The notes under the pieces were generated by a model. That model saw only the letters and a program-made list of their open reading frames with translations, made no database searches and had not been told where the DNA came from. 64,000 bases of DNA from Tubulanus polymorphus. Its lineage: Eukaryota > Animalia > Nemertea. Position numbers and translations under genes: made by a program. Of the stretch, positions 24,918 to 45,685 are shown one piece after another. The stretch spans positions 6,758,001 through 6,822,000 of the forward strand of contig NC_134028.1 of NCBI RefSeq assembly GCF_964204645.1, in the 5' to 3' direction. Positions within the stretch are counted from its first letter, which is position 1; each line of letters opens with the position of its first letter.

Positions 24918-26715
24918 TGATTACTATCCACGACTTTAATTATAGGTACATAATTATTTGATAGAGAAAAAATTGGCTCTTAACAAATTATTCTTTAAAA
25001 CTATTATACATGGGATAAAATAAAGTAAAGCTTTGGCTACTTTGGTTTGAAACTTAGCACTAAAAAAAAATCCAGCTTAAAGCATAATCAGCACCGACTG
25101 TCCATCTGTACTGTTTGATCCAACAACATCAAATTCATTTTTCAAAATGTAATTATTCAGAAACACTATATTTGATCAAAATGAAGCAGATTACTTTCCT
25201 TAATACATGTACACTGTATCAAGTTTTATGGTCTCATGTATGCCTTGAAAAATTAAGCAGATAACATAGAAAATATTCAAAGTATTTTAAGTACAACTCA
25301 ATATAGATGCTAGATTGGGTAAATAACTTTTTACATAATGGCAAAATACCATGAATGAAATATATGATTGTATGATAGTTTAGAACCACCATTCTATAAA
25401 CTTGATTGGTATTATTACATCTGTTGATGCCCAAGCTAGGCAGCCTTGGATTTAGTACATCCTCCTGGGTCGTATCGAACAATGAAACGCGTAATGAAAT
25501 ACTGGCTATCTTTTTACTTCTGGATAGTAGTTCAATCCGAAGTATCGGTACACGCATCCTCGCCTGCCAGGGGTCCCTTATCGCCCGCGAACTCGCTTCC
25601 ACCCCCTGGACTCACGACGCGTGATTTCATTACTGGCGCTTTTGCACATGACGTCATGTATCAACTTGCGAAATAGTTCCTTGTTCGCCCAAAGTTCGAT
25701 GATTGGTCCATTTAACGGGAATTCCAACAGAAGCCTCATGTCATTTGTTATCGGTACAACCGGATTCTGGTCGGCCATTTATATACCAACGACTCGCGAG
25801 GTGACGTGAACCGTGATGATGTATTGCTAACTATCGATCTTTACTGTAACAGAGAAATGCAAAAAGTACATGATCTTAAATTTAATTGCCACCCTGCGAC
25901 AGTGATGGTCTTGGTGAAAGCATTGTCACTAACCCAAGGGCAGTTCTGGGTTAACTGCAAAATCCTGGGCATAGGTGTATAGGCCTACCTATTCTTCTTG
26001 TTCCCATTTTGACAGTGAACAATAGCAAAGGAACAATGTCCAAGGATCATGACATCAAAATGACACTGTCCAACCGACAGGCAAAGCCAAATTTGTATTA
26101 TTCTTAGCTTCTTCGATAAGTTCATGGGCCGTTTTGGTATCAAACAAACACACACACATTGTACTTCAATGATTCCACTGCATCAAACAATAAATCATGG
26201 TTTAAAAAGCAATTTACCTGCTAAAAGTTTGCCGTCATCCTCAGTGGTACCCGCCATTTTGAAATTGTGGTGTGAAACGCGAAAAAAAACCGTCAAATGA
26301 CGATTTTAACACCGTGCTAAACCGGCAACAACCGTCCATAGACGGTTCCATATCCGTCTCTAATTTTAGGTCGGGACGAAAAACGTTGTTCAACGGCATC
26401 ACCGATTTTAAACGGTTTCATACGTCTATTCACGGATTGGACGGTTCCAAAACCGTATATTGACTGAAATTAGGTCGTATGAAAGGTACGACGTGGTCAT
26501 TGCCGTATAATAGCGGAAAACGCCGTTAATTGACGACCTTCTCCGTTCTCAGACGTTTTTAAACCGCACCTTTACGGGAAAACGGGAATTTACCGTTTTG
26601 CTTTTTACAGTGAGAGTCGCGTTTAGAGCGATGCCGAGTATCGTGACGGATCCGTAACAAGGATATATGGATATTTTAGCGATACAATGTACATCTAGAC
26701 GTGTTCGAAAGCGAT

Positions 26716-27798
26716 TTAACCAAGCGTAGATTTAATGGACACAATTTTTACAGCGAGTCTGAATTTGTTATTAGTGAAACAATACACGAAGAAATTTAAA
26801 CAGGAATCGACGACGGTCAGAACGATAGCTAATTTCCGATATATCAGATACGATGCTTCGAAATTTAAACCTGGAAAATGAATTTTGATTTCAAACTTGT
26901 TGTAATACCCCATTTTTTCGATGAAAATTGATGATTCACAAATAATGTATGAAGCGACTAACGCTAACGACATTCGTAAAACTCGCAGCTCTAAACTACT
27001 GGCAGCGCTCTTATTCAACTTCTTCCCGCTCGATAATTTGATAATTATCAAACTGATTACCAAAATAATGTTTAAAATAATTAATGAACACATGGGCATT
27101 ACAATACTGGATATCGTTCCTTCCCAGCCTTCTGCAAAGTCATTCCATCTACTGATTAATGCAGAATTGATGAGATTAGACCCGCGAACAAGTGTCACGC
27201 CTGGTCCCCCTACTATGCAACCTATTGGTTCAAGCTTCCGTGCCGGTAACAAATGCGGTAAATAAACGAGAACGCCGTATGCGGTAATCAAAAATATCAG
27301 AGAATTCACCACTTTTCGAGTCCAGAATAATCGTGATTTCAACGGGAAAATTGTTATGACGAGTCTTTCTAAACTGATAAGAATCACGCACCAATTTCGA
27401 ATTTGTTGAAACATGCGATACGGGCCTAAAGCGACTTGTATGAATTCCCAACCGTAATACCAGTCATCAATGCGAAAAAGAACCTCTCCTAAATGTATAT
27501 AGATGTGCAGTGTACGTAGAGGGTACATGGTGAATACACTTAGACTGTAAGACAAATCAAAAATAGCTAAAACTTGTATCAGATAGTACGCTTCATTGTT
27601 CATTTTCTTTAACACTAAAATTGTGACGACGTTCAGAGCGATGCCGAGTATCGTGACGGGTCCGTAACAGAAAATATACATGTAAATACTGAATTGTAGG
27701 TTCCATTTGAACGGTCTGTTTTTCACATTCCACGCACACCCATCAACGGGAGTTGTCACAGTCGGTTCGAAAGTCGTTGAAATATTCTTCAAATCCAT
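26716..27798 (-). CDS. Intronless rhodopsin-class 7TM GPCR, paralog of 16484-17566, 360 aa
   Basis: Intact ORF with the same 7TM motifs. About 15 aa differences from copy 1. Confidence 0.9.
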   Translation of the reverse strand: MDLKNISTTFEPTVTTPVDGCAWNVKNRPFKWNLQFSIYMYIFCYGPVTILGIALNVVTILVLKKMNNEAYYLIQVLAIFDLSYSLSVFTMYPLRTLHIYIHLGEVLFRIDDWYYGWEFIQVALGPYRMFQQIRNWCVILISLERLVITIFPLKSRLFWTRKVVNSLIFLITAYGVLVYLPHLLPARKLEPIGCIVGGPGVTLVRGSNLINSALISRWNDFAEGWEGTISSIVMPMCSLIILNIILVISLIIIKLSSGKKLNKSAASSLELRVLRMSLALVASYIICESSIFIEKMGYYNKFEIKIHFPGLNFEASYLIYRKLAIVLTVVDSCLNFFVYCFTNNKFRLAVKIVSIKSTLG

Positions 27799-30400
27799 CT
27801 TCCATTACCTGGTCATATCAGAACCCAGACAAAAGTGTGCCCAGTCTGCTCGATCATGTCGTGCAGAGATTCTTCATTCTGGCTTCAACAGTTTATCAAA
27901 AGTTAAAAATATCCGTATATTTTCTAATCTACTTCCCCTGCTGCTGCCCAGGATAGAAATTATTCTCACAGTTTGTCTTCACAGTTCTATGGTCTATTAC
28001 GCGACAGTTAGAATGTTTACAGAATAAAAGAAATATTCTATGAATTAAGTTAAGACCTGAATACAACTGAAAATTCATATACATGTATTTTGACGAAATG
28101 GCTAAATTGGACACAATCCATGCATGTTGAGAGTTTAAATTCCACGGTATCCATTCACTCTAAATTCACTCCGAAAAGGGAGAATGGTGAGATCATAATT
28201 TGATTTTCTATCTCACCTATATCCCTTGTAGTAAAATTCACTTTTGCCATCAGGGGAAGATCCAGGGTCTAATTCAAGTTATGTCGCCAAAGAAAGATGT
28301 TATATGGAAATACTTGTTGTTCATCCTTCGGGGTCGAATGTGACTTTTGTGATCGTTTTGTGACTTCTCAGGTGGTTGCCAATTTTGGCTCTAAACTGCC
28401 GCGAATGGTGACAGGACGATAGACAAAAAGTTAACCCTATGTTGACCTAGGTTTCGAATTTGCAACAACATTTTTGGGGTCGGTTGGTACTCTTATTATT
28501 AATATTTGTCCATTATTAACCAATGTTGTAGAATCTGTTATAAACCCCCTATTACATGATGATGTTAGATATGATTTCTTAGATCATGGGCTGACCATAT
28601 CGGGATTTACCAGAGGGGTAGACTATGCCCAGGTGGTTACGCCTGAAATGGTTGTTCAAAATGCTATGTTTAAAGACTAAATCACAATATTTTGTAAGTT
28701 TTTATTAGAAGAAACTATGTTCTTTAAAATCAGAAGAATAAATCTGAAAACATTTTCTTGTCAGGCTTATGGAAACTTTTCTTATTTTACCAATGTTGCG
28801 AATTTGCAACATTTTTAAAAACTAGGTCAAACAGAGGCAGCTATTTAAATAACTATAATTATGGACTATTAGTATCTTAACACGTTCAGAAAATGAATTG
28901 AGTAATTTTTTGCCCACTAGGAATGTGCTTGGTTAACGAAGGGTTAACATGTCAAAACTAAACGTAAGGATTTACGAATACGTATCTTTGTTTTAATTGG
29001 GGAAATGATATCATGGTAAAAGTAATTGAAAGCGAAAAAAAATTATTCCCGTATAAAAGAACCTAGTTCCGTAAGACGAGTATTCAAACAGATTCCACAA
29101 AAACCGGATGTATTCATCACGCATGTTAAATGATATACAGTCAACCCTCGATATACCCACGAGCAATCATCTCAAGATGCAGACCAGTATGAATTGTCTA
29201 ATACATATACGACTGTTACTATAACCAGTGTTAATGAATAACGTTTAATCGAATTGAAAAGAATTAAATATACATGTATGATTACTTGAAATATGATGTA
29301 AATACCTCCAGTCCCCCACCTGACTCCAGTGGGTGTAATGTAGTTGTTATGGAGCTTTCCTTTTGTAAAATAAAGTTTATATATATAAAAAAGAACGATT
29401 TTGGCGGTGTTGAGAATATGACATTATATCGGGGTTTCTTCTTCAGATTTCAAGTCAAATGTTCCGTACACCGAGAAAACCTGGCGTTAGGTGGGAATGG
29501 GTATATGGGAGGGCAGAATGGGAGGGGTTGATTGTATGAATTCGACCAACGTGATAATGTAAGACGTAGAGTTCCAGAACGTGTATGCAGTTTTATTTCA
29601 CTTATCACCATTCAGAGAGCTGTATTAGCGGAATTCATCGTGGATTTCCAAGGATTGAGAGTTCTGAAATGTGATTTCGATTATGTATGCCTAGAAATAG
29701 GAATGTAGGTAAAAATGTCCCAGGAAAAAGAATTCATCGAGTGAGTGACCATGAGAATTGAGGCGTAAAATATGGCATTAATTAATTTTGCCTATTGAGA
29801 ACATGTGACCTCATTACATTATACGTCAAATTTAAGAAGATTTTACAATTAAATTGAATGCGCAGTTGCTAAATTACATATCATTAATGGAGAAAATTAT
29901 GAAAAGTTATAAAGTAAACGCACCAGTTACTTTAATTAATATGTCAAATTTACGAAGATCAAAATTTATGAGGGGGTATACCCGCCCCGTAAACCAGTCG
30001 CTCTCACTACTGGGTGAACAAATTGCAAAAATATTTACTGTTATAGATCGAGGAATTGAGGGGCATGTTGTGACATTGCTTGATGTGAAAGGTCAATAGG
30101 GATTTATTAGGCTGACATTTAAGGAGCTGCGCATAATTTTCCAACCCATCGAAGAGGGTATTTTGCTAGTTTTACAAATTTTCACTCTAACAATGAATTC
30201 TTGCTTGGGAACTATATCTAATCTAGATACATTCATTTTACGCAATAGATTTTCGTAAATCTGAATTCATTGTGTCAAATTTCTGAAAATTGATCTTTCA
30301 TTTGCTGCATACGATGAAATCATTCATACAGATGAATACTAATGATATAGACTTCATTCACTACACAAGAGCTAGTGCACTCTCGTGATCCTCATTTATC

Positions 30401-31350
30401 ATGAATTCTACTCAGATGCAGATCGGTCGAACTTATAGCAATTATATCGTTCTCATGTCTGTGGTGAACAAGTCTGGAATCTACCGCACTGTGTCATTGG
30501 TCATATTGCCCATTTTTTCCTCTTTGGCGCATTTGGAAATTCAGCTACTTTTCTGATCATGACAAGGCTCAGATTCCGCAGTTTATCATACGCTAACTAT
30601 CTCATCGTTTTATCAGCCAGTGATTTGTTGGGCTGTATTAATCTAGCATTTATGCCTGTTTTACAGTATTTTCTCGTGCAAATAAGCATCGGTCCAATAT
30701 TCATAATGCATTCGCGGGTAAGTTGTAAAATCTATGAATTTATGATGCTACTTGGCGGTTGCAACAGTTCGTGGTTGATAGTAGCTATATCTCTGGAACG
30801 TGCGGCAGTTGTGCTCTTCCCGTTCACATCCCGTTTGATATGTACACCTAGATTCGCAAGAATCGCTATATCGATAATTATTGCAGTGAATGCGCTAGTC
30901 CTTAATATCCTGCCTACTTTGTCGATCCACTTTTTGGACCAGTTTGTTGGATGTTACTATGAATTATTAGATCAAACGACAAATTTCACAATAGCTAGCA
31001 CCTATGTTAACATTATACCTTTCACTTTGATTGCAATATCAAATTCTGCTATAATCATCCAGTTATTTAGGGGACCAAGAGGGATTTCGTCTGACCAGAA
31101 AACTGCAAAATCAAAACGTACAACAAAAATGCTTGTTACAGTTTCACTAGCATTTGCAATATGTACACTCCCATCCACAATTACTTCATTCTTACCAATC
31201 TCAACTATAGAGATGAATTTTCTTCACGATATTTTCACTCAGTTTCTAATCTGTAACTTTGTCATAAATTTCTACATTTATCTGTTACTTGGACGAGGAA
31301 TTCGTGAATATTTCTTAGAAAAAATTTGTTGGAGGAATTCGGATAAATAA
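30401..31350 (+). pseudogene. Second copy of the frameshifted GPCR
   Basis: ATG 30401, the same T6 frameshift (30513-30518) and downstream ORF 30559-31350. Confidence 0.75.
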
Positions 31351-31711
31351 CAATTGATTTCCAGTTAACCATCACCTACTGGTTGCATACCTTTCAGTAA
31401 AATTACACAAATTCCCGAGACCTCAATAATCAGAAAAATATTCAATGCCCCCGGTGAAGGTGTCGAAGAAAGAAATGACCACGAAATTCACGCCAATCAT
31501 AGAACATGTCACGAGCTACAATTTTGCAATTGATTTGATTACAGAATATGCCAAATACAATATGAAAATACCATAGAAATATGACGCAATAAATCTATGA
31601 AAATACTTAGTGATTCGGCTATTGAACACCAACCGCCCTCCCTCCCCCGTCACAAGCTACAAATTTTCCAATACACTGGTTACAAAGTATGCCTGTGAAC
31701 CAATACAATGT

Positions 31712-33685
31712 TTACGATTACGATTACGATTTATTTACACTCCAACCATTTCCATGGTATATGGAGGAAAACTATTACACATGTATATACAAATATTTAC
31801 AAAACAACACTGAAGTGATTAAAATTTAGAGAATGAAAACGTAACAAAATATATATACATCAACTATTTACAATACTATATATACAATTATATACATCAA
31901 CTATTTACAATACTATATATACTATTGGAGGGATCTATATACATCTAAGCCGGTCTTAATGAATTTAGCTAAGTTGACCGTTGGGTTTTTCAGAATATCA
32001 AGGGTATTAAAGGTATTCAAATTCAAAAAGTTTTTGCGTTGTTTGTTAAGTAAGGTACAGTCAAACAGAAAATGGGATTCGTCACCTAAAGTATTACAAG
32101 TGGGGCATATTCTATCGGCTCTGTCTAAATGAAGGTTTGAAAATTTGTTCACAGGTAAAATATAGGACCCGACCCTAAATTCAAATAAACTAGTTCCTAA
32201 GTCATCACCAAGTTCTATTATATACTTCTCTAACCTAATATCATTTTTATATTGCCTAAAGTTAGTGTATATCGGATTAGTAATAATGGCAGATACAGTT
32301 TCTTGAAGGTGCTGGTCACGGAGTATCTGTTTTATTCGTTTTGAAAAAGATTTACTGTTAGTCATGAATTGCTGCGTCCAAATGCAGGACAAACCACAGT
32401 CATCAAAGGTTTTCTTTATATATGATAACCAAGGGCTCTTAAATTTATCTCTTAAAAATAAATTGAAAGATATTTTATAGAGTATTGAATTAAGTTTGGT
32501 TTGCTTTCCAGATACTGTTTTAACCCAAAAGTTAATCATCCTGCGTCTAACATCTATATTCAAAGGGTAACGTCCTAGCTCTGATAACACTTGTAAGTTG
32601 CGAGAAAATTTCGTCACTTTCATTAAGATTTTACAGAAGAAGCAATGAATATTTTCTAATAAATCTTCTATAAATCTTAATAAGATTTTCGTATCCCCAG
32701 ATCTCACACCCATACATGGCTATTGGAGCAACACACGTATCAAATAATTTAAACATAACATCTATGGGCAATTTCAAACGTCTGCCTTTTTGAACGATCG
32801 AAAACATAGCTCTCATAGCTTTATCGTAAAGACACTTTTTTGCCTTAGCAAAGTTACCATTCCAATTAAATTTTACTCCGAGATAAACATAATCTTCAAC
32901 TACCTCTAACTCTTGATCACCAAACATAAATTTCGAAATCGTTTTTATCCGGGATTTACTTCGCGCAAATACTAGTACTTTTCTCTGAGTTAACAGTGAG
33001 ACAATTAGCCGCAAAATATTCAAATAAGGTATCTAAGTGTAGCTGAAGAGATTTCTCATCCTCAGCAAGAATAACTGTATCATCTGCGTATAGTAAAATG
33101 AATAAATTCAGTAAAGTATCAATATCCTGATCACGATTCAAATTTAGTTTTTCAATAAATGACAAAGTCGGTTTTCCACGATCAATGAAAAATTCTTCAA
33201 TGTCGTTTAAGAAAAACGAAAAGAGGATAGGTGAGAGATTTTCGCCTTGTCTTAAGACTCTATCAGCTGCAAAGTATTGTGACGTGCAACCATTAAATTT
33301 AACACATGATTTTATGGAGTTATACATATTTTTGACCACATTGAAAAAGTTTCCATTAACACTGTTAGCAATTAATTTTCGCCATAACGTTACCCTACAA
33401 ATCGAGTCGAAAGCTTTCTTGAAATCAACAAAGGCACAAAAAAGTCTTCTTCCCTGACAAAGATACAGCTCTACGATTGTTTTAAGCGTGTAAATATGAT
33501 CAATGGTGGAATATTTCGATCTAAAGCCAGCCTGGGCTTCACTTATAATGTCATTCGTATTTAGGAATGTTGACAATCTTTGATTTAGGACACTTGTAAA
33601 TAATTTACCAAGACAGCTAACTAAGGTAATACCTCTATAACTATAAGGATTAGAGGGATCGCCATTCTTTTTCAAAATGGGTTTG
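31712..33685 (-). mobile_element. 5'-truncated, frameshifted non-LTR retrotransposon (LINE ORF2: RT plus C-terminal CCHC-like domain; clade uncertain)
   Basis: Overlapping ORFs 32956-33750, 32631-33023 and 31922-32713 with YRGITLVSCLGKLF, QAGFR, FVDFKKAFDS, QGENLSP, LLYADD, YVYLGV, ELGRYPL and CPTC...DESHFLFDC. 3' AATAAA followed by a (TCGTAA)3 tail at ~31712-31736. Confidence 0.92.
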
Positions 33686-35007
33686 AATGTGAAAATACTA
33701 TTCAACGCCCCCTGGTGACCATATACAGCAGACGACCTTGAACACCACAATCATAGAACATATCAGGAGCGACAATATTGCAATTGATAGTGGTAATAAA
33801 ATATGCCTAAGTACCAAAAAATATTAAAATAAGTTTATTCGGCTACTCACCGCCCCCTGGTGACCATATACAAAAAAACAAATGACCTTAAAATTTAACA
33901 CAATCATACATGTCACAAGCTACAACGTTGCAATTGATTGCGGTTACAAAATAATCATTGGTACCGATAAAAATAGGCAAATTGTATATAACGCAATATT
34001 CGTGAGATGAATTCTATGACAGTGATAACATTTTATCAAATATCAAGACTATACCGGTAAGTTAAAACCTGCCGATATTTTTCTCAACAAACCTTTCTAC
34101 CAACAAATGAGGACTGAAGCAAACGTGATTTTTAAAATATGTTAGCGTTTGCGCAATGTCATACCATATACACGACATGTACATATTTTACGTTGTTAGA
34201 TAAAGTTTAACCAGTTCGTTTTAACCATGTAGCCAATTCTTCTAACAATCAATTCCGAGTATCTGTGTGCACCTGTTTCCTTTTGCGGTATCATATCAGA
34301 GTAGAATGAGTCAGTTTTTAGATCAAATTCGTAATAATAACACAACAAAAAATCCTTCATTTACTTAAATCTTTATTACAATCAATCATAATAAAATCAT
34401 TCGCAAAGAAAGTTCCAGCCTTTTTTTGTTATTTCAGTGATGTATTTGACCCACCTGGGGTTAAAGTACAATACAATCTAATTGACCTATTAACTACGGG
34501 TTCATAATAGACTCCGCAATGCTTTTGGTAGTGCTCAACTTGGAAACTACCGTGAAGTTGGTGAACTTCGAAAGAATTTCAATTCCACATCGCAATCCTT
34601 ATTTCTAAGTCTCAGCCAAGCAAAGTGGAGTCTACAGTACCTGTACAACAATTCTTCATATACACACATACCAGTATTCTACATTACAGTAGACTCTGCT
34701 CGAGTCTGATCAAGTTGCATAACTGTTTTATTGGTATATTTTGTCAAAGATTTTTTCAGACCATCTCATCTATATAAGGAATGATTTCGGTAAACTATCC
34801 AACCTGCATAACGCTTTCATGACATATTTTCATGTTCCACAAAGATCTGACTTGAGCAGAGACTATTGTTGTAACTCTCTTGAGGAGTTCAGTGAAATAT
34901 TTGTAAATCAGAATGAATTTGTCAAAAGTACTTCAAAATGCCACAAATCATATCTAAATGCAGATATACACGTTATGTTAAATTAATTCTTCGATTGTAA
35001 AAGAAAT

Positions 35008-36844
35008 TCAATGACGTCCACCTTCAACTACAAATCCTTTCTGATGATTGAAAACGTTTTTATTATTTACGCCTTCTTCACCATCTATTCTCCCTATGAA
35101 AAACAAACAAAATAAAAATTTTTTCTTTATTTCTGGTAATAACAATTCTATATATAGACTGAATTTATAGGTTGAACTGCTTTCACTAGAACTGATCGTG
35201 ATTCACAAGCAGATACTGCCAACCTTCATAATCACTGACTTACAATTTTTCTGGTGTTGGTTCCTTCTCGGGGTCCTTTGAGCATTTGATCGACTTTGAT
35301 TCATGAAATGCGACACAACGCTATACAACAGAGGCCTGAAATATCGACGGAAAAATATCACATTAAAAATTGTTTGACACTATCGGAATGAGGACTCTAC
35401 GTTCGACTGTGGCAATCATCGAGGATTCCACTTGTGGCAAGCGAAGATCCACCAGGTTCGCTAGTGACTGTGCATTCAGACAACAACTCCCGGATTTCTT
35501 CTCAGATTCAATTAAAATCTATCCATAATTACTCAAATTCTTTGAATGATGATTGATAAAATTCACTCTATATATGAACATGAAGATCATCTGAGTTTAT
35601 CAAGAGGAGTGATTTGCCTAATTTCTGATGAGAGAGGCTAAAAATCTAGATGAAAGTTCATTGAAAATGAACTAGATTTTGACAGGGTGGTTGCACTGAT
35701 ACGCCTGCTATCTAGCGGGACGATACTTACACAGTTGCTGTATCTCTGTCTTCCATGATATTCAATTCATTGGACAAGAACTGTCTATCTAACGGTGTCT
35801 GAGGCTGACCTGATTCTAAATCAAAAGAAAAAATACATTATTCCATCATCGGAAAGAACCAGGGCTCCCACGTCTAAATGGACAACGAAACTTCTTGAAA
35901 TCAGATAATTACAATATTCAACACTCCCTGGTGAACGCATGTAGAACCAATGACCCAATCTTTCCAGAATATGGTTTAGGGGGTCCAGGAATATTACAGT
36001 ACTGAAGGGGTTCGAGCTCAAGATTTAGCATCATAAACTCACTTACTCGAACCACTGGTGTCAGTTGGCAAGGGTGGCCACTTTTCGCCCATTTACAAAT
36101 CCCCTGAATTTTCCCTGAGTCTTTCATGTGATTACACAAAATTCCATGATTGAATCGGAGAAATTTCTAGGTTTGAAATGTTATGATTGATTTACTTTTT
36201 GAATTGTACTGATAAAAGAACACGCGGTGAATAGCATTTTCCGAATTAGCTGAGTTTTTCACGCCAGTGGCCACCCGGTCTTTAGACAGAAAATCATTTC
36301 ACCATGGTGCCTGCCTGGGCTGGATTTTTACCTGCTAGCAAAGTCGAGGCGGAATATTTATATTTGTTGAATTCTAGATATTCTCTGATCAGTTCGTTTA
36401 TGAGCATGTTCTCGTTACTTAAAGGCGGTCGTGATTCTGTATGGTCGTCTAATGCGTTGAACACTTCGGCCCTGATACGAGCTTTCAACTGACCCATAAC
36501 ACCTCTATTCTCCAACGTCTCCTTGACAACTGCGGAAATAATTCGAATTTAAACGAGATATTCACGAACAGAAAAAATTATCAAGCATTTCTACCTAGAC
36601 GAAGAAAACCTGGAACGGTTTATCCCGTTACTTAGCACAACTGGTTGCAACAAAAACATTTAAAAATTCAGTTTAACGAAGTGCCTAAAGCCCCGCCACA
36701 GCTCAAAATAAGCTTTCAGACACTGCTTAACTATCGTTGATAATTTAGACCCAGTGAACATGATTCATCGCCCTTTGTTTAATGGATTTATCGAGTTTTT
36801 AATCGAAATTTACCTTCTTTCAATTCTTGGATGGAGGCCGCCAT
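35008..36844 (-). CDS. CEP20: Centrosomal protein 20 (FOPNL/FOR20, LisH domain)
   Basis: Exons 36844-36814, 36529-36332, 35815-35731, 35335-35244, 35093-35008 with GT-AG boundaries. Protein MAASIQELKEVVKETLENRGVMGQLKARIRAEVFNALDD...LINELIREYLEFNKYKY...ESGQPQTPLDRQFL...PLLY matches FOPNL. Confidence 0.93.
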
Positions 36845-37212
36845 TTTTAAAAACGATGTATCGACAAATTTATTCAACTCGAGCCCTGATTCGTCAAAAA
36901 CTTCAGCTTTCGTGTTAAATCATTTTTGGTAAAAAAAAACTTAAAACCTTAAAAGGGAATGATCTGTGTATGGTTCATTGTAGTTAGGTAGATAAAAGTA
37001 AACGAGTAATAATCAAGATATTTTTCTGCGACACACTTCCGGGTTCGTGTCAAGCCGATTCTCCTGTCAGAATTGGTGTACTACTATTCGGTGTAGTTAA
37101 TCGCTCGGACTCATTTCCCCGAAAGCCTTACTGTTTCATACTCGTCCGCGAGAAGAGCGTTCACTTCAACTGTTTCGATCAAATCAAAGGACAACATAAA
37201 AATCAAATACAA
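36835..37212. promoter_or_regulatory. Bidirectional promoter region for CEP20/PCYT2 and a probable non-coding first PCYT2 exon
   Basis: Head-to-head start codons lie 917 bp apart. ETS-like ACTTCCGG at ~37035, YY1-like GCCGCCATTTT over the CEP20 ATG, and donor AAG|GTAAAA at ~37213. Confidence 0.5.
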
Positions 37213-37760
37213 GGTAAAAAGTGCCATTCTTCGTACATCGCCTGACACTGTGATATAGTGGATAGTGATAGTGATATTGACAGCAGAAGTGTGCTGTAGG
37301 CTAGCGTATATCTTCTTTCTTGTTGAGGCCTAAAACCTTTGGTGTAGTTAGTAAGTGGGAAGTGTTAGTGTGAGGTCTACTTAACTAATTGTCGTAGTGA
37401 TATGGTGGAGAAGTTCAGAAGATGATGTCGTCAAGAATTAGAATTTTGTAACTTTGTAATCCCGAGCGGGGTTAATAATAAGGCACTAGTTTTTTTCCTC
37501 GGTCCTGTTCCTGACCCTGGAAGTCGGTTTCCACGTGGACGTAATGGTGAACAGTGCGATGGCAGTTTCAACACGTCCTGTGCATACTCACAACCCAAGT
37601 CAAGTATCTAGCCATTGTTCCCCCGGACAAGTGCCATATTTCAAATGATAAAAAGTAAAGGCTAGTCCCAAAAACTCCGAAAAGGTAACACGTTACAACG
37701 AACAGCCTTTTTTGGTCTATCTATTCTGTTTGTTGAAGTCCTTATATTTTGTATATTTAG

Positions 37761-45685
<7,925 letters not shown>

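Larger units (their letters stand above)
21799..32080. repeat. Segmental tandem duplication, unit 2
   Basis: Begins with the same 48-bp FRAS1-intron sequence (21799-21846) and is colinear with unit 1. Its end runs on into the body of the LINE. Confidence 0.95.
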
